Source of the DNA: Gemmatales bacterium
GTDB lineage: Bacteria; Planctomycetota; Planctomycetia; Gemmatales; HRBIN36
Direction of reading: 5' to 3'
Assembly: GCA_041640595.1 (NCBI GenBank)
Contig: JBEPZY010000008.1
Coordinates: forward strand, 40,484 to 104,483
Length of the DNA: 64,000 bases
Shown here: positions 51,498 to 61,636 of the stretch, in pieces
Position numbering within the stretch: position 1 is the first letter of the stretch
How the letters are laid out: each line of letters starts with the position of its first letter
Program-made: the position numbers and the translations under genes
The notes under the pieces: model-generated
Seen by the model: only the letters and a program-made list of their open reading frames with translations
Databases searched by the model: none
What the model was told of the DNA's origin: nothing

Positions 51498-51953
51498 GGT
51501 TTTCCTCCCGTTGTTGGCTCAGTGGTAAAAGAGCAGCGTGGTCAGCTTTCACGATCGCGGTCGGTTCGGGACCAGGGTTCCGCGTTCCCAGATAGTTTAG
51601 CGATTGCGTCCAGGCAAACCGGCTATGTCTCCGTGTTCGGATGGCGGCAGTGCTCCGGGGAGGGAAAAATTTGCCCTGACTTGGCCCGGAAAAACTCGCC
51701 GCGAGCTTTGCAGGTGCGGAATGCGGCAGGAATCCGTAAAAAGGTCAAAGGTCTCGTAAACACCCTCGCTGCCGGTCCGGGCAATGGAAAAATCAAGGGC
51801 CGCGGGGAACGTGAAATCCACTTGGCGCGGAAGCGTTAGCCGTTTATGCGGGCGGTCGGGCCAGGAATGGACCTGGCGGGCAGGCGAGTAGGTCTCCGCA
51901 AGCATGGCGGCGTATCTGGCAAGCGACAACCGGAACAATGCAAAGGGAACACT

Positions 51954-52664
51954 ATGGTCGAATGGCTGAACGAATTTTTGCGGCTGTTCACTGACCTGGA
52001 AGGGACCCTCCGGGAGTGGATTGCCGCCTACGGAGTGTGGATTTACGCGATTGTGTTCGCCATAGTTTTTGTGGAAACCGGACTGGTTGTCATGCCGTTT
52101 TTGCCTGGGGACAGCCTGCTGTTTCTGTGCGGGGTGCTGGCATCGCTGGGGGAGATGAACATTGTGGCGGTAATAGCGGTGCTGATCGCAGCCGCGGTGC
52201 TGGGAGACGCCACCAATTACGCGATTGGTTACCGCCTCGGTCCGAAAGTGTTTTGCAGCGATACTTCCTGGCTGTTTCACAAAAAGCACCTGCTGCTGAC
52301 GCAACGCTTTTACGAACGGCACGGGGGCAAAACTATCTTTCTAGCGCGGTTTATTCCCATCGTGCGAACGTTTGCTCCGTTTGTCGCCGGGATCGGCCGG
52401 ATGTCGTATCCGCGTTTTGCCCTCTACAATGTCCTTGGTGCCATCGCCTGGGTGATAACTTTTGTGTTGCCCGGCTACTGGTTAGCAGAGCAGCCGTTCG
52501 TGCGTGAAAATCTTTACCTGGTGCTGGCGGTGATCGTGGTGCTCTCCGTGATGCCGCTTTTGATCGAAGGCTGGCAAGCGCGTCGTGGCAACGCTCAGGT
52601 GAAACACGAAACTCCGAAATGGTGCAACTCGGACAATTCCGCATCGCCAGCAGGCACAAACTGA
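51954..52664 (+). CDS. dedA: DedA family membrane protein
   Basis: FVETGLVVMPFLPGDSLLF and ARFIPIVRTFAPFVAG motifs. Confidence 0.93.
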   Translation: MVEWLNEFLRLFTDLEGTLREWIAAYGVWIYAIVFAIVFVETGLVVMPFLPGDSLLFLCGVLASLGEMNIVAVIAVLIAAAVLGDATNYAIGYRLGPKVFCSDTSWLFHKKHLLLTQRFYERHGGKTIFLARFIPIVRTFAPFVAGIGRMSYPRFALYNVLGAIAWVITFVLPGYWLAEQPFVRENLYLVLAVIVVLSVMPLLIEGWQARRGNAQVKHETPKWCNSDNSASPAGTN

Positions 52665-52910
52665 TCTTTTCACGCTGAAGGAAGTCGCGTATTATCAGCG
52701 GCGGTGGAACGGAGACCGGAACCTTCGCTCCACCAGGCCACGGAGGGCCGGGCAGAGAAGAGGCACACCTCTCGAGCCGACTCACCCCCTTTGATTCCCA
52801 TCCGCACCACGGCTTTGTTGACCGCCTGTGCCTGGCTCGCCGAATCCTGAGAACCAGCGCTGGATGCTTGGGCAAGCCCAGCGCCTTGTCAACGGAACGG
52901 CAGGAGAGGC

Positions 52911-53981
52911 ATGAGCCGAGAAGCTGTCGTGTTGCGCGTGGATGCTGGCTATAGCTTTGGCTGGGATGCCTGGAATCGCTGTCAGGTTCTGGCCTACGGC
53001 TTGCAGAGGCGTCGCAGGCCCTGCTATTTCCTGTCGCATCTCGAACCGAATGGATTGGCTCTGAGCTTGAAGCGCAGCGGCCATGATTGGCTTGCTGCCG
53101 AACATCCGGCCGGTTCGCCCGGCGATCTCGAGCAATTGCTGCGCGAGCTGCGACGGCTGCAAGCGGTAGCGGTGATCGTGGATGCAGCGGCCATCGGGCC
53201 CGATTATCTTGCAGAATTGGCTGCGGCAGGGATTCTGGTGGTCAGTGTAGATACCCGCGCGGGTTTTCGTTCTCCCGCCCATCTGGTGCTCAACCCGACG
53301 CTCAATCGTTCCGGTCAGGAGTATGAAGTGTGTGGCGACGGACAGGTGCTATGCGGACCGCGGTATGTTTTAGTCCGGCCGGAAATCAAACGAGTGCGAC
53401 CCCAGCGCTCTCTCGAACCCCCAGAACCCACGCGAGTGGTCGTGGCCCTGGGCGATGACCAGGCGAAACTGAGCCAGGCTGTGGTCAAAACCCTGCTGGG
53501 CATGAAAACCATCGCTCGCATCGAAGTGCTCACCTGGGCCCACCACCCATGCGTAACTGCTTTGCAAAGCTGCCTCGAAAAGGAGCCAGAGCGAATCACC
53601 CTGGCCACGGAACCGTCGAGCTGGGGGCTGGCCATGATGCGCAGCCATCTCGCCATTGCTGCCAGCGGGCCATGGGCTTTGGAACTCGCCTACGTCGGTG
53701 TACCGACCATCCTCATCAGCGATCATCCCGAGCAGGAACGCACAGCGGAAACCTTGCAGGAAGAGGGAATCGCCCGCTATCTCGGACACGCCGAAGATTT
53801 CTCCCCAAGCGCCCTGCGTGCTGCCATAGAGGACCTTTTGAGCGATGCCCAGGAGCGGCACACGATGTCGCGGCTTGGTCGTGCCTACCTGGACGGTCGT
53901 GGGATTGACCGTTTCGTTCAGGCCATCGAAATTCTCCTGCACGCTCCGGCTCGGCGTCAGAGTATCAGTCAGGCGGCGTAA
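52911..53981 (+). CDS. PseG/SpsG-like GT-B fold protein
   Basis: LRVDAG..G...RCQVLA, GPRYVLVRPE, ELAYVGVP and DGRG motifs; the usual GxGH His appears replaced. Confidence 0.75.
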   Translation: MSREAVVLRVDAGYSFGWDAWNRCQVLAYGLQRRRRPCYFLSHLEPNGLALSLKRSGHDWLAAEHPAGSPGDLEQLLRELRRLQAVAVIVDAAAIGPDYLAELAAAGILVVSVDTRAGFRSPAHLVLNPTLNRSGQEYEVCGDGQVLCGPRYVLVRPEIKRVRPQRSLEPPEPTRVVVALGDDQAKLSQAVVKTLLGMKTIARIEVLTWAHHPCVTALQSCLEKEPERITLATEPSSWGLAMMRSHLAIAASGPWALELAYVGVPTILISDHPEQERTAETLQEEGIARYLGHAEDFSPSALRAAIEDLLSDAQERHTMSRLGRAYLDGRGIDRFVQAIEILLHAPARRQSISQAA

Positions 53982-54038
53982 AACAGGACTCGGAGCTTTT
54001 GCGGTTAGCAAAAACGTGCCCGCTTCGGAGGGCCCACA

Positions 54039-55250
54039 ATGAGCACAGAAAGCCAGGAAAAATCGGCCTGCTGGCGGCTCCTCGGTGAACGCACTCGCCG
54101 ACAACTGGAAGAACTCGATGCCTTGCTGGAACGGATGCTGGCCTTGCCACCCTTCGACCTGCCAGAAGAACAATCTTCAGACCCACCCTCGTCCAGCATT
54201 CCAGGTTCGTCGCAGAAATTGACCGCAACAGGAACGCCAGGCAACTCGGGGAGCTCGACGAGCAACTCAGGTTCGGCGCAAAACCATCCGCAGACCCCAA
54301 CATCTACCGTCTCACCAGAAAAACCATCTGCGGCATCCGTCTCAGCAGCCCCGCACGCAGGCTCTGCCAACAACACAAAAATTGCCGCTGCCGAACCAGC
54401 GGAAACCAGCAGCATCGCCCGAAGCAAGCCACCTGCGGAGGCGTTAGCACAAAGCGTCGCCATTTCCGCTGCCGCATCGGCAGGGGGAACCACTCCTGCT
54501 TCAGAACCGCCAGCGGTTTCAGAATCGGCATTGGCGGAGGCAAAGCCTGCTCCGTCCGCAGATGCCGGGATGAAGCCTAGGAACGAAACGACCAATTCGG
54601 CTGAGCAGGCCCCTGCTGTTACAATCAGTGCATCCGCAAAACGGATCGCCAGCCGACCTGTTTCGGACGGGGAATCGGTCGAGCGCGTTGCCGAACCGGA
54701 GTCGGTCGTTTCCAGAACCGCCACGCCGCGTGAAACCAGAACAGCATCGGCAACGCATTCCTCCGCCAGTGGCACTCGTCCTGTCAACAATCCAACCCTG
54801 GCAGGCCCAAAGCTCCCGGAGTCTTCGACTATTACGCCCGTCGAAAGACACGATTCAGCTGCCCCAGCGATTCGTTCTGCCGCGGATGATTCCGAATCCA
54901 AGGCCAGTGCATCCGTTCACACCGAACCGCCTTTGCAGGCTTCCAGCGAACCCCCGAAAGGTCCCGCCTGGTTACTGCGAGAGGACACAGGTCCGGGCGA
55001 TGCCGATGCTGACCGGTCGGTCGCTGACACCAGCAAAGACGCTTCCGGAAGCAACAACGGAGCAAACTCGCTTGACCAGTCACAGTCAGGCTTTCGCTGG
55101 ATCAGGCCGATTGCTGAAAATCTCGCTCAGCCTTTACGCTGGTTGTTCCTGACACCTACCGGCTCGAACGTGCTCGGTTGGATTGGCATTCTGCTATTGC
55201 TCGGTTCGGCGGCATTCTGGCTCGGAGCCTGGCTGGGCTGGCACTGGTGA
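54039..55250 (+). CDS. Hypothetical protein: short helical N-terminus, long Ser/Ala/Pro/Thr low-complexity linker, C-terminal membrane anchor
   Basis: RTRRQLEELDALLERMLALP N-terminus; transmembrane segment VLGWIGILLLLGSAAFWLG. Confidence 0.75.
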   Translation: MSTESQEKSACWRLLGERTRRQLEELDALLERMLALPPFDLPEEQSSDPPSSSIPGSSQKLTATGTPGNSGSSTSNSGSAQNHPQTPTSTVSPEKPSAASVSAAPHAGSANNTKIAAAEPAETSSIARSKPPAEALAQSVAISAAASAGGTTPASEPPAVSESALAEAKPAPSADAGMKPRNETTNSAEQAPAVTISASAKRIASRPVSDGESVERVAEPESVVSRTATPRETRTASATHSSASGTRPVNNPTLAGPKLPESSTITPVERHDSAAPAIRSAADDSESKASASVHTEPPLQASSEPPKGPAWLLREDTGPGDADADRSVADTSKDASGSNNGANSLDQSQSGFRWIRPIAENLAQPLRWLFLTPTGSNVLGWIGILLLLGSAAFWLGAWLGWHW

Positions 55251-55305
55251 TACCCTGACGCTTGCCAGTCAGGCATAGGCATTTGTGAACCGCCAGTTGC
55301 TACCG

Positions 55306-55552
55306 GTGCACTACCGTTTCGCTAACGGTAATGCAGCATGGTGCGAGACCTGCAAGTCGAGCTGGGGCGAAAGTCAGCGTGTATTACCGTTTTGCTAACA
55401 GGCAAGCCGCATAACGTCGTGGTAACGGATTACGACACGTTGTACCCTCAATTTGCACTACCGTTTTGCTAACAGTATGAAGCCAGTATCAAGGCCAGAG
55501 GCACAGTCTAACCTCAATGTGCACTACCGTTTTGCCAACAGGCAAGCCGCAT
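55306..55552. repeat. Four ~34-bp direct repeats separated by largely unique spacers (CRISPR-like layout, no cas)
   Basis: GTGCACTACCGTTTTGCTAACAGGCAAGCCGCAT-like units at 55306, 55379, 55453 and 55519. Confidence 0.8.
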
Positions 55553-56194
55553 GGGCTATCCGGTGCCATTTTTCAGGGTTTTCCCGTACTACGGTGCAGT
55601 GCGGCTCCGCAAACCGGCAGGGAATATAGTTTCCGCTTCCGGGCTTAGGGTACGTTACCGCAAGCCAGCCAAACCAGCAGACGGCACGGCTGTGTTATGC
55701 TGTCCAGTGAACGATGCTGGCAGCGCAAGTTGGCCAAGCCGGGTCGTTTACTGGGTAACGCTTGGTGCTCGGATGCAAAACCATACTGGCCAGGCGGGCC
55801 GGAATACTCCCTGGGAAGCGTCGGACGGGATGTGCTTCTCTCAGGGATGGCCCTGCACGGGCCCGCAGGAGTAGCAGCCCTGGTCGGAATGGTGGTGAAG
55901 CGGGCCATCATTAACGCATTATCCCGACTGGACTAACGGCATTTTGCGGACTATAACGATTGCAATGGATGTGGGGAGATTGTGTGTCGGGTTGAGGATG
56001 GAAGGGACAGCGGGGGATAAGAATTTTCCCCCTCACACCGCTGGTTGTAACTTAGACTACAAAAGCGGGAATAACACCTGCCGGAACCGCTGGCCAGAAA
56101 AGCGACACTAATTTAAGGCAGCCATTCCCGCAAATAGACGGGCGGAGCATATCTGGCCAAACAACCTCCGAAGTTGCTGGAAAAGGAGAGGAGC

Positions 56195-59100
56195 ATGCTG
56201 CGACGGCGAGAAGTCCAACGGGGTGCGGCCCTTGCGGCGACGCTGGTCTTCTGGAGCGTGTTGCACGGCGACCCGGTCAATGTGCGAAAAGATGAACGCC
56301 CAAGTTCACCGCAGCCGACGGACCTGGGCCAGTTTTCTCAGGAAAAGTTGCGCCAAGAGGGGCTGTTGACCTATGAAACGCAGGATAAGGAAATCCTCTT
56401 TGCGCTGAAATTGCGCGTTCGTCTGAACCACACAGTTAACCAGCCGCGAGATTTCGTTGTTTTGTTCGACACCACAGCCAGTCAGGCAGGTGAAAGCTGG
56501 TTGGTGCAGCTGGCCCTGCTCAAGGAGCTTTGCCGGCAAATCAGCGACCAGGATCGCATCCGCGTGATCACTGTCAACACTCAGCCCGGCGAATTGACGG
56601 CGGGTTTCGTTCGCAAGGGCGATCCTGCACTGGAAAAGGCTCTCCAGCAGCTCTCCGACATCACGCCGATGGGTGCCGCCGATCTGAAAGCCGCTCTCGA
56701 CAAGGCCATCGAGAGCCTGGACATTCAGCCTGGCCGTCAGCCGGTGGTGGTGTACATCGGGGACGGCATGAGCAGTTTGCGGCCCATCGGCGGGCAAGAA
56801 CGCCTTCGTTATGCTGAAACTTTCAACCGCCTGCGGGTCCCCTTCTATGCCATCCCGATCGGGTTCCGCCTCGACCCTGAATTTTTGCACGGCATGACCG
56901 GAAGCACCGGCGGGGCCGTATGGCGGGTTGACATCCGTTACAGTGTGCCGGAACTGTGGAAACAATTTTTGCCGCAGCTGGAAGTGCCCGTGCTGTATCC
57001 GATCGAATATCAGTTGCCAGCGGAAGTCGCCGAAGCCTACCCGACGAAATTACCGCCTTTGCGTGCGGACACGTCAACCTTGATCGTTGGCCGCCTGCGC
57101 CAACTTCCGCAAAAATTCGCCTGGCAAGTCAAGGGTACGGTGCAGGAGCAACCGGTGCAGGTGAGCGGCGAGGAAAAAGTAGTTCCGCCGGATGTCAGTA
57201 TGTTCTTCCTCAAGGCGTTGGTAGAACAAGGCCGCAAAGATCGCGAAGCACCCGCGTTGTTACCTGCGGATCGCATGCTGGTGATGGCCCACAATCAGGT
57301 GCGAATGGTACGCGAAGAACTGCTGGCTCAAGGACGTTTGGCCATCCGCATGGATCGGCTTGACCTGGCCCGGCAACTGTTCGAGCAAGCGCAGCAGCTG
57401 GTGCCTCACGACCCGGAAGCCCGAGCCGCCGTCCGTTTGGTCGAACGGTTGCAGCAAGCTCCCGATGCAGCCCAGCGGCGTGAGCTTCTCGAACGGGGCT
57501 TAGCGCAAGCCGGACCAGCAGGCGGCGGTGGAGCCGCAGCCGCACAGCCCAACGCCAAGCCCGACCCGCAAGCCGAGGATTTACTGCGCCGTCAGGAGCA
57601 GATCATTCGCATCCTCGAGCAGCAACTCAAAAACGACATTGACGAAGCGTTACGGCAGCTGGATCGGCCATTGACAGCGGCAGAAGCTAACGAGTGGCTG
57701 GCGCGGCTGAAACTTTTGACCGAAACCGTCCAGCGCGAAACGCAGATCGGCCCGCAGGTCAGAGAACAATTATTGCAGCGCCTGGCTGCAGCGATGCGTC
57801 AACTTGAGCGCCGATTAGACGAACAACGTCGTCGCGAAGCCGAAGCTCAGGCGCGAGAAATGCAGGCTCAGGAACTGGCTCGCCGTCAGGAACAGGTACT
57901 GGATGAACAGGCCCGCGTGCGGCAACTGATGCAGCAGTTCCATGCCCTGGTGCAGGCGAATCGGCTCATGGAAGCGTATCGCAAGGGCTTACAGATCGCG
58001 CAAGCGACCCCGGGTGAGTCGATCGGTGTGGCGACGTCGAGTCAGGCCTTAGCTTCGCGGTATCTAGGTGAATCCCAACGTCTGGTTCAGGAACGGCAGG
58101 CAAAGTACCTGGCCGCCATGCTGGAAATCGAACGCTCGCATGTGCCCTTCCCGGACGAGCCGCCTATCACGTTTGCTCCTGCCAGCTTTTACGAAACCAA
58201 GATTTTCCGCAACTGGAACGAATTATCACGACACCGTATCAAGCGGTGGCTGGTCAGCTATCTGGGCGAAGCACCATCGGAACGTGCTCAGGAAATCGAA
58301 CGGATGCTGTCGCAACCAAGTCCGCTTCTGGATCGCGACTTCCCCGCTGACACTCCGCTAAACCTGGTTCTGGAAACCATCGAGAAGAAGCTCAACCTTC
58401 CGATCCGCATAGACTTTGAGGCTTTCGGTGAAGAAGCGGCGAAATTTGATCCGCAGCAGATGACGCTCAAAAAGGCTGTGCGGGTCAGAAATATGTCGCT
58501 GGGGATGATCTTGCACGATGCGCTGGCCAGTGTCGAACCCCAGGCCACTTATATCATCCGGCGGGATACCATCGAAATTACCAGTCCGCAAAAGGCCATC
58601 GCTGAAAAGGTTCTTCGCGTGTATCCCGTGCCGGAACTGGTTTTGCCACCGCTATTCGGAGGCAACCCGTTCCAGCTCAACACCATGATTTTCGGCTTTG
58701 GTTTCCAGATGGGCGTGCCCATGATGATGTGGGGGATGATGATGGGTATGCCTGGCATGATGATGGGCATGCCCGGCATGATGATGGGTATGCCTGGCAT
58801 GATGATGGGTATGCCCGGCATGATGATGGGAATGCCCGGCATGATGATGGGCATGCCTGGCATGATGATGGGGTTCCCCGGCATGATGATGATGGGCGGT
58901 ATGATGATGGGTATGATGATGGGCATGCCCGGCATGATGATGGGAATGCCCGGAATGATGATGGGGTTCCCCGGCATGATGATGATGGGTGGCATGATGA
59001 TGGGCATGATGATGGGTATGCCCGGCATGATGATGATGGGCGGTATGATGATGGGCGGCATGATGATGGGTGGCATGATGATGGGTGGTTTGATGGCCAT

Positions 59101-60856
59101 GGGCGGACCTAACCTGTTTGCAACCAATAGCGCGCCCATGCTCATCGAGCTTATCAAGCAAGTCGTTGGCGGGCCGGGCGACTGGTATATTGACCCGATG
59201 AACATGATGATGCTGACCATGATGGGCCAGCAGCCGCCACAAGACTACAACCCTCTTCTGGCCAATTACATCGGTTACTATGACCCGGCGTTTGCACTGG
59301 TGGTAAGGGCGACAGCGCGCCTGCATGAGCGCGAAACCCGCACGTTGACTTTGCCGGCAGCCGCAGGGGGCGGCGGTGCTGCTGGGGGTATGGGGCAAGC
59401 GGGTCATGGGGAACGCCATTTCGCCCACGCCGATATTGTCCGCGACGTCGAGGGAGTCATTGGCGGATTGGTGGGTGCACAGGCTTTGCGAGGCCGTGGG
59501 AAGGTAGTCGCTGCTCAGCTGGATGCAAAGAAGGCCTGGCAGGAGGCTCTGGCACGCAGCGATAAACCGGTGGATGCGGATGTGCTCTTTGCTGGGGCTG
59601 CTGCGCTGGCCGCCAGTGGGCACTGGAATCACGCGGCTGAGTTACTCAAAGCCGGTTTGCGTCAGGGTGGCGTAGCCCGCGACTGGATGTTCGAAGCAAT
59701 CGCCCTGGCTATTCGCATTCAGCACGGCGACCCGGAGGAAGAAGTTCGGTGCCTGCTCTCCGCAGCGGATTTGCGGCCCAGCGATGCTTTCGGTTTGCTC
59801 CAGGGCGCTGAAGTGCTGGCACGGCATGGCAAATACGCCCCGGCTATCTCGCTGACTCGATTGGCTGCTGAGCAAAACCCTGAATTGCCGCATCCGTACC
59901 TGTTCGCCCTGCAACTGGCGAGCAAAGCGAAGGACGTGCCCACGGTACGCTGGGCGGCGATGGAATTGCTCCGCCGCGATTGGCCCATCCAGTGTGCTGA
60001 ACTTCACGCTACCGCTCAACGCACGCTCGAAGACCTGGCGGAAGCATTGCGGAAAGAAGGTCGCGCTCCGGATGCCGAAGCGCTTGCCCTGCCCGCAGCA
60101 CAAATCCAGCGCCGCGATCTCGTGATTCGGCTGTTGTGGACTGGAAACGCCGATCTCGATCTGGAAATTTCCGAACCCTCCGGAAGCACCTGTTCCCTCA
60201 CCCAGCGAGTAACTGCCAACGGTGGCAGTTTGCAAGCTGATTTTGATGCGGAACATCAGACCGAAATCTACAGCGTCGCAGAAGGTTACTCCGGCGAATA
60301 TCGCGTGACCGTCAAACCGCGCTGGGGTAAGCCGGTGGCCGGCAAAGCGGTCGTCGAAATCATCACGCATCAGGGCACGCCCAACGAGCAGATTCGCCGC
60401 GAGATGATCACCGTGGCCAGGGAGCCGGTAACCCTGACCGTGCAGCTGCGCGACGGCCGACGCCAGCAACCTGCACCGGTAGCGCCGCTGGAAGCTTATC
60501 GCCTGGGCATTGACCCATTCTATCGGCCGACCTGGCCGGTCCCCGGTGCTGAGATGCTGCGGCAGTTAGCGGTTCCTATCACCACGGGTATTGAAATACG
60601 TCGCTCGCCGTTCGGCCCGACCAGTATGGCCGATCCTTTGCCGCGACCAGGCGATGACGATAACTCCGGCCCGCAACTTGGGCCCGGTGGTGCGCCAGGC
60701 GTAGTGGTCATACCCGCCGGTGCCCTGGTCAATACGCAAGCTCTGGTCCATAGCGACCGTCGCTACGTTCGCCTTTCCGCAAACGTGACCTTCAGTGGCA
60801 TTACAGGTTTTGTGCCTGTGCCGTTGGCCAGCCTCAGCCCTGGCATACGGCCGTAA
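56195..60856 (+). CDS. Giant exported protein: VWA domain, TPRs, coiled coil, secretin-N/STN-like segment, Met/Gly-rich tract, TPRs, YfaP-like domain
   Basis: VVLFDTTASQ (MIDAS-like) and YIGDG; 'PLNLVLETIEKKLNLPIRID...RVYPVPELV'; (GMPGMMM)n; 'LLWTGNADLDLEISEPSG'; 'VHSDRRYVRLS'. Confidence 0.82.
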   Translation: MLRRREVQRGAALAATLVFWSVLHGDPVNVRKDERPSSPQPTDLGQFSQEKLRQEGLLTYETQDKEILFALKLRVRLNHTVNQPRDFVVLFDTTASQAGESWLVQLALLKELCRQISDQDRIRVITVNTQPGELTAGFVRKGDPALEKALQQLSDITPMGAADLKAALDKAIESLDIQPGRQPVVVYIGDGMSSLRPIGGQERLRYAETFNRLRVPFYAIPIGFRLDPEFLHGMTGSTGGAVWRVDIRYSVPELWKQFLPQLEVPVLYPIEYQLPAEVAEAYPTKLPPLRADTSTLIVGRLRQLPQKFAWQVKGTVQEQPVQVSGEEKVVPPDVSMFFLKALVEQGRKDREAPALLPADRMLVMAHNQVRMVREELLAQGRLAIRMDRLDLARQLFEQAQQLVPHDPEARAAVRLVERLQQAPDAAQRRELLERGLAQAGPAGGGGAAAAQPNAKPDPQAEDLLRRQEQIIRILEQQLKNDIDEALRQLDRPLTAAEANEWLARLKLLTETVQRETQIGPQVREQLLQRLAAAMRQLERRLDEQRRREAEAQAREMQAQELARRQEQVLDEQARVRQLMQQFHALVQANRLMEAYRKGLQIAQATPGESIGVATSSQALASRYLGESQRLVQERQAKYLAAMLEIERSHVPFPDEPPITFAPASFYETKIFRNWNELSRHRIKRWLVSYLGEAPSERAQEIERMLSQPSPLLDRDFPADTPLNLVLETIEKKLNLPIRIDFEAFGEEAAKFDPQQMTLKKAVRVRNMSLGMILHDALASVEPQATYIIRRDTIEITSPQKAIAEKVLRVYPVPELVLPPLFGGNPFQLNTMIFGFGFQMGVPMMMWGMMMGMPGMMMGMPGMMMGMPGMMMGMPGMMMGMPGMMMGMPGMMMGFPGMMMMGGMMMGMMMGMPGMMMGMPGMMMGFPGMMMMGGMMMGMMMGMPGMMMMGGMMMGGMMMGGMMMGGLMAMGGPNLFATNSAPMLIELIKQVVGGPGDWYIDPMNMMMLTMMGQQPPQDYNPLLANYIGYYDPAFALVVRATARLHERETRTLTLPAAAGGGGAAGGMGQAGHGERHFAHADIVRDVEGVIGGLVGAQALRGRGKVVAAQLDAKKAWQEALARSDKPVDADVLFAGAAALAASGHWNHAAELLKAGLRQGGVARDWMFEAIALAIRIQHGDPEEEVRCLLSAADLRPSDAFGLLQGAEVLARHGKYAPAISLTRLAAEQNPELPHPYLFALQLASKAKDVPTVRWAAMELLRRDWPIQCAELHATAQRTLEDLAEALRKEGRAPDAEALALPAAQIQRRDLVIRLLWTGNADLDLEISEPSGSTCSLTQRVTANGGSLQADFDAEHQTEIYSVAEGYSGEYRVTVKPRWGKPVAGKAVVEIITHQGTPNEQIRREMITVAREPVTLTVQLRDGRRQQPAPVAPLEAYRLGIDPFYRPTWPVPGAEMLRQLAVPITTGIEIRRSPFGPTSMADPLPRPGDDDNSGPQLGPGGAPGVVVIPAGALVNTQALVHSDRRYVRLSANVTFSGITGFVPVPLASLSPGIRP
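58709..59103 (+). repeat. Coding tandem repeat (21-nt unit, GMPGMMM)
   Basis: Six consecutive GGNATGCCYGGCATGATGATG units at 58745-58870, then variants. Confidence 0.95.
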
Positions 60857-61048
60857 TGCCTTCCGAGTCATTCTGGCTAGCCCTACCATCTGGACGCTAG
60901 CCCCGGCCGGACGCCAACGGACAACTCGTCGCTCAGATAACCAACCGCCTCATGCGTGGAATCGGTCGCCAAGGAAGCGGCAAAGCAACAGGAAGATCAC
61001 AGAATCGCACTGGCATAGTCGGCCGTTTCTGCCCCAATTGTCGCCGCG

Positions 61049-61636
61049 TTAAGGAGTCGGTTTGCTCGGCGCGGTTACGTTGTCACTCGTACCAGCGGGG
61101 ATGGACGAGCTGGCAGCACGGCTGCGAGCATCCAGATCGGCTTTGGTGTACAAGACCAGTCCTGCTCCGACAGCTGCCAGAATGATGCCAACATAAAACA
61201 GCGGGCCGGGACGCAGTCCCGCCGCAGGCGGATGCCAGGCCAGGCTGACCAGCGTATTGACGATTGGGGCACCCGCGAAAACCAGCGGAGCGATAAACAG
61301 AGGACTGCCACCGTTTTTGATGGAAAGGATAATGCACAAGGCTCCCGCGGCGCCGGCAGCACCGGCCAGGGTCGCAAAACTAATGCCTCGCCAGTTGATC
61401 TGACCCTGACGCCAGAATTGCAACCGTTCGCCGCCAGCCAGGTCGAAGTGAAGCAACAGCAACGGCACCACCACCGCCGTCACAAAATACGCCAGGCCCA
61501 CACACAAAAACGCGCGCACCGCACCGGCCGGTGGTCGGCCTTCACCCAGTTCCTTCTGGCCCTCGTGCAAAGTCGGAACATATACTCCCCACGATAAAAT
61601 CGCCCCCAGCACAAAAGCCAGCCATAGCATCTTCAT
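61049..61636 (-). CDS. Membrane protein (EamA/DMT-like)
   Basis: RBS gagg before MKMLW; five hydrophobic helices; SWGVY and PLVFAGAPIVNT motifs. Confidence 0.8.
   Translation of the reverse strand: MKMLWLAFVLGAILSWGVYVPTLHEGQKELGEGRPPAGAVRAFLCVGLAYFVTAVVVPLLLLHFDLAGGERLQFWRQGQINWRGISFATLAGAAGAAGALCIILSIKNGGSPLFIAPLVFAGAPIVNTLVSLAWHPPAAGLRPGPLFYVGIILAAVGAGLVLYTKADLDARSRAASSSIPAGTSDNVTAPSKPTP

Noticed and set aside
54005..54901. 298-aa minus-strand ORF
   Set aside because: Antisense shadow of the low-complexity 54039-55250 gene.
58549..59632. His-rich (HHHAG)n and Ile-rich ORFs on the minus strand and an Asp-rich ORF in another plus frame
   Set aside because: Shadow translations of the ATG-rich Met/Gly tract inside the 56195-60856 gene.
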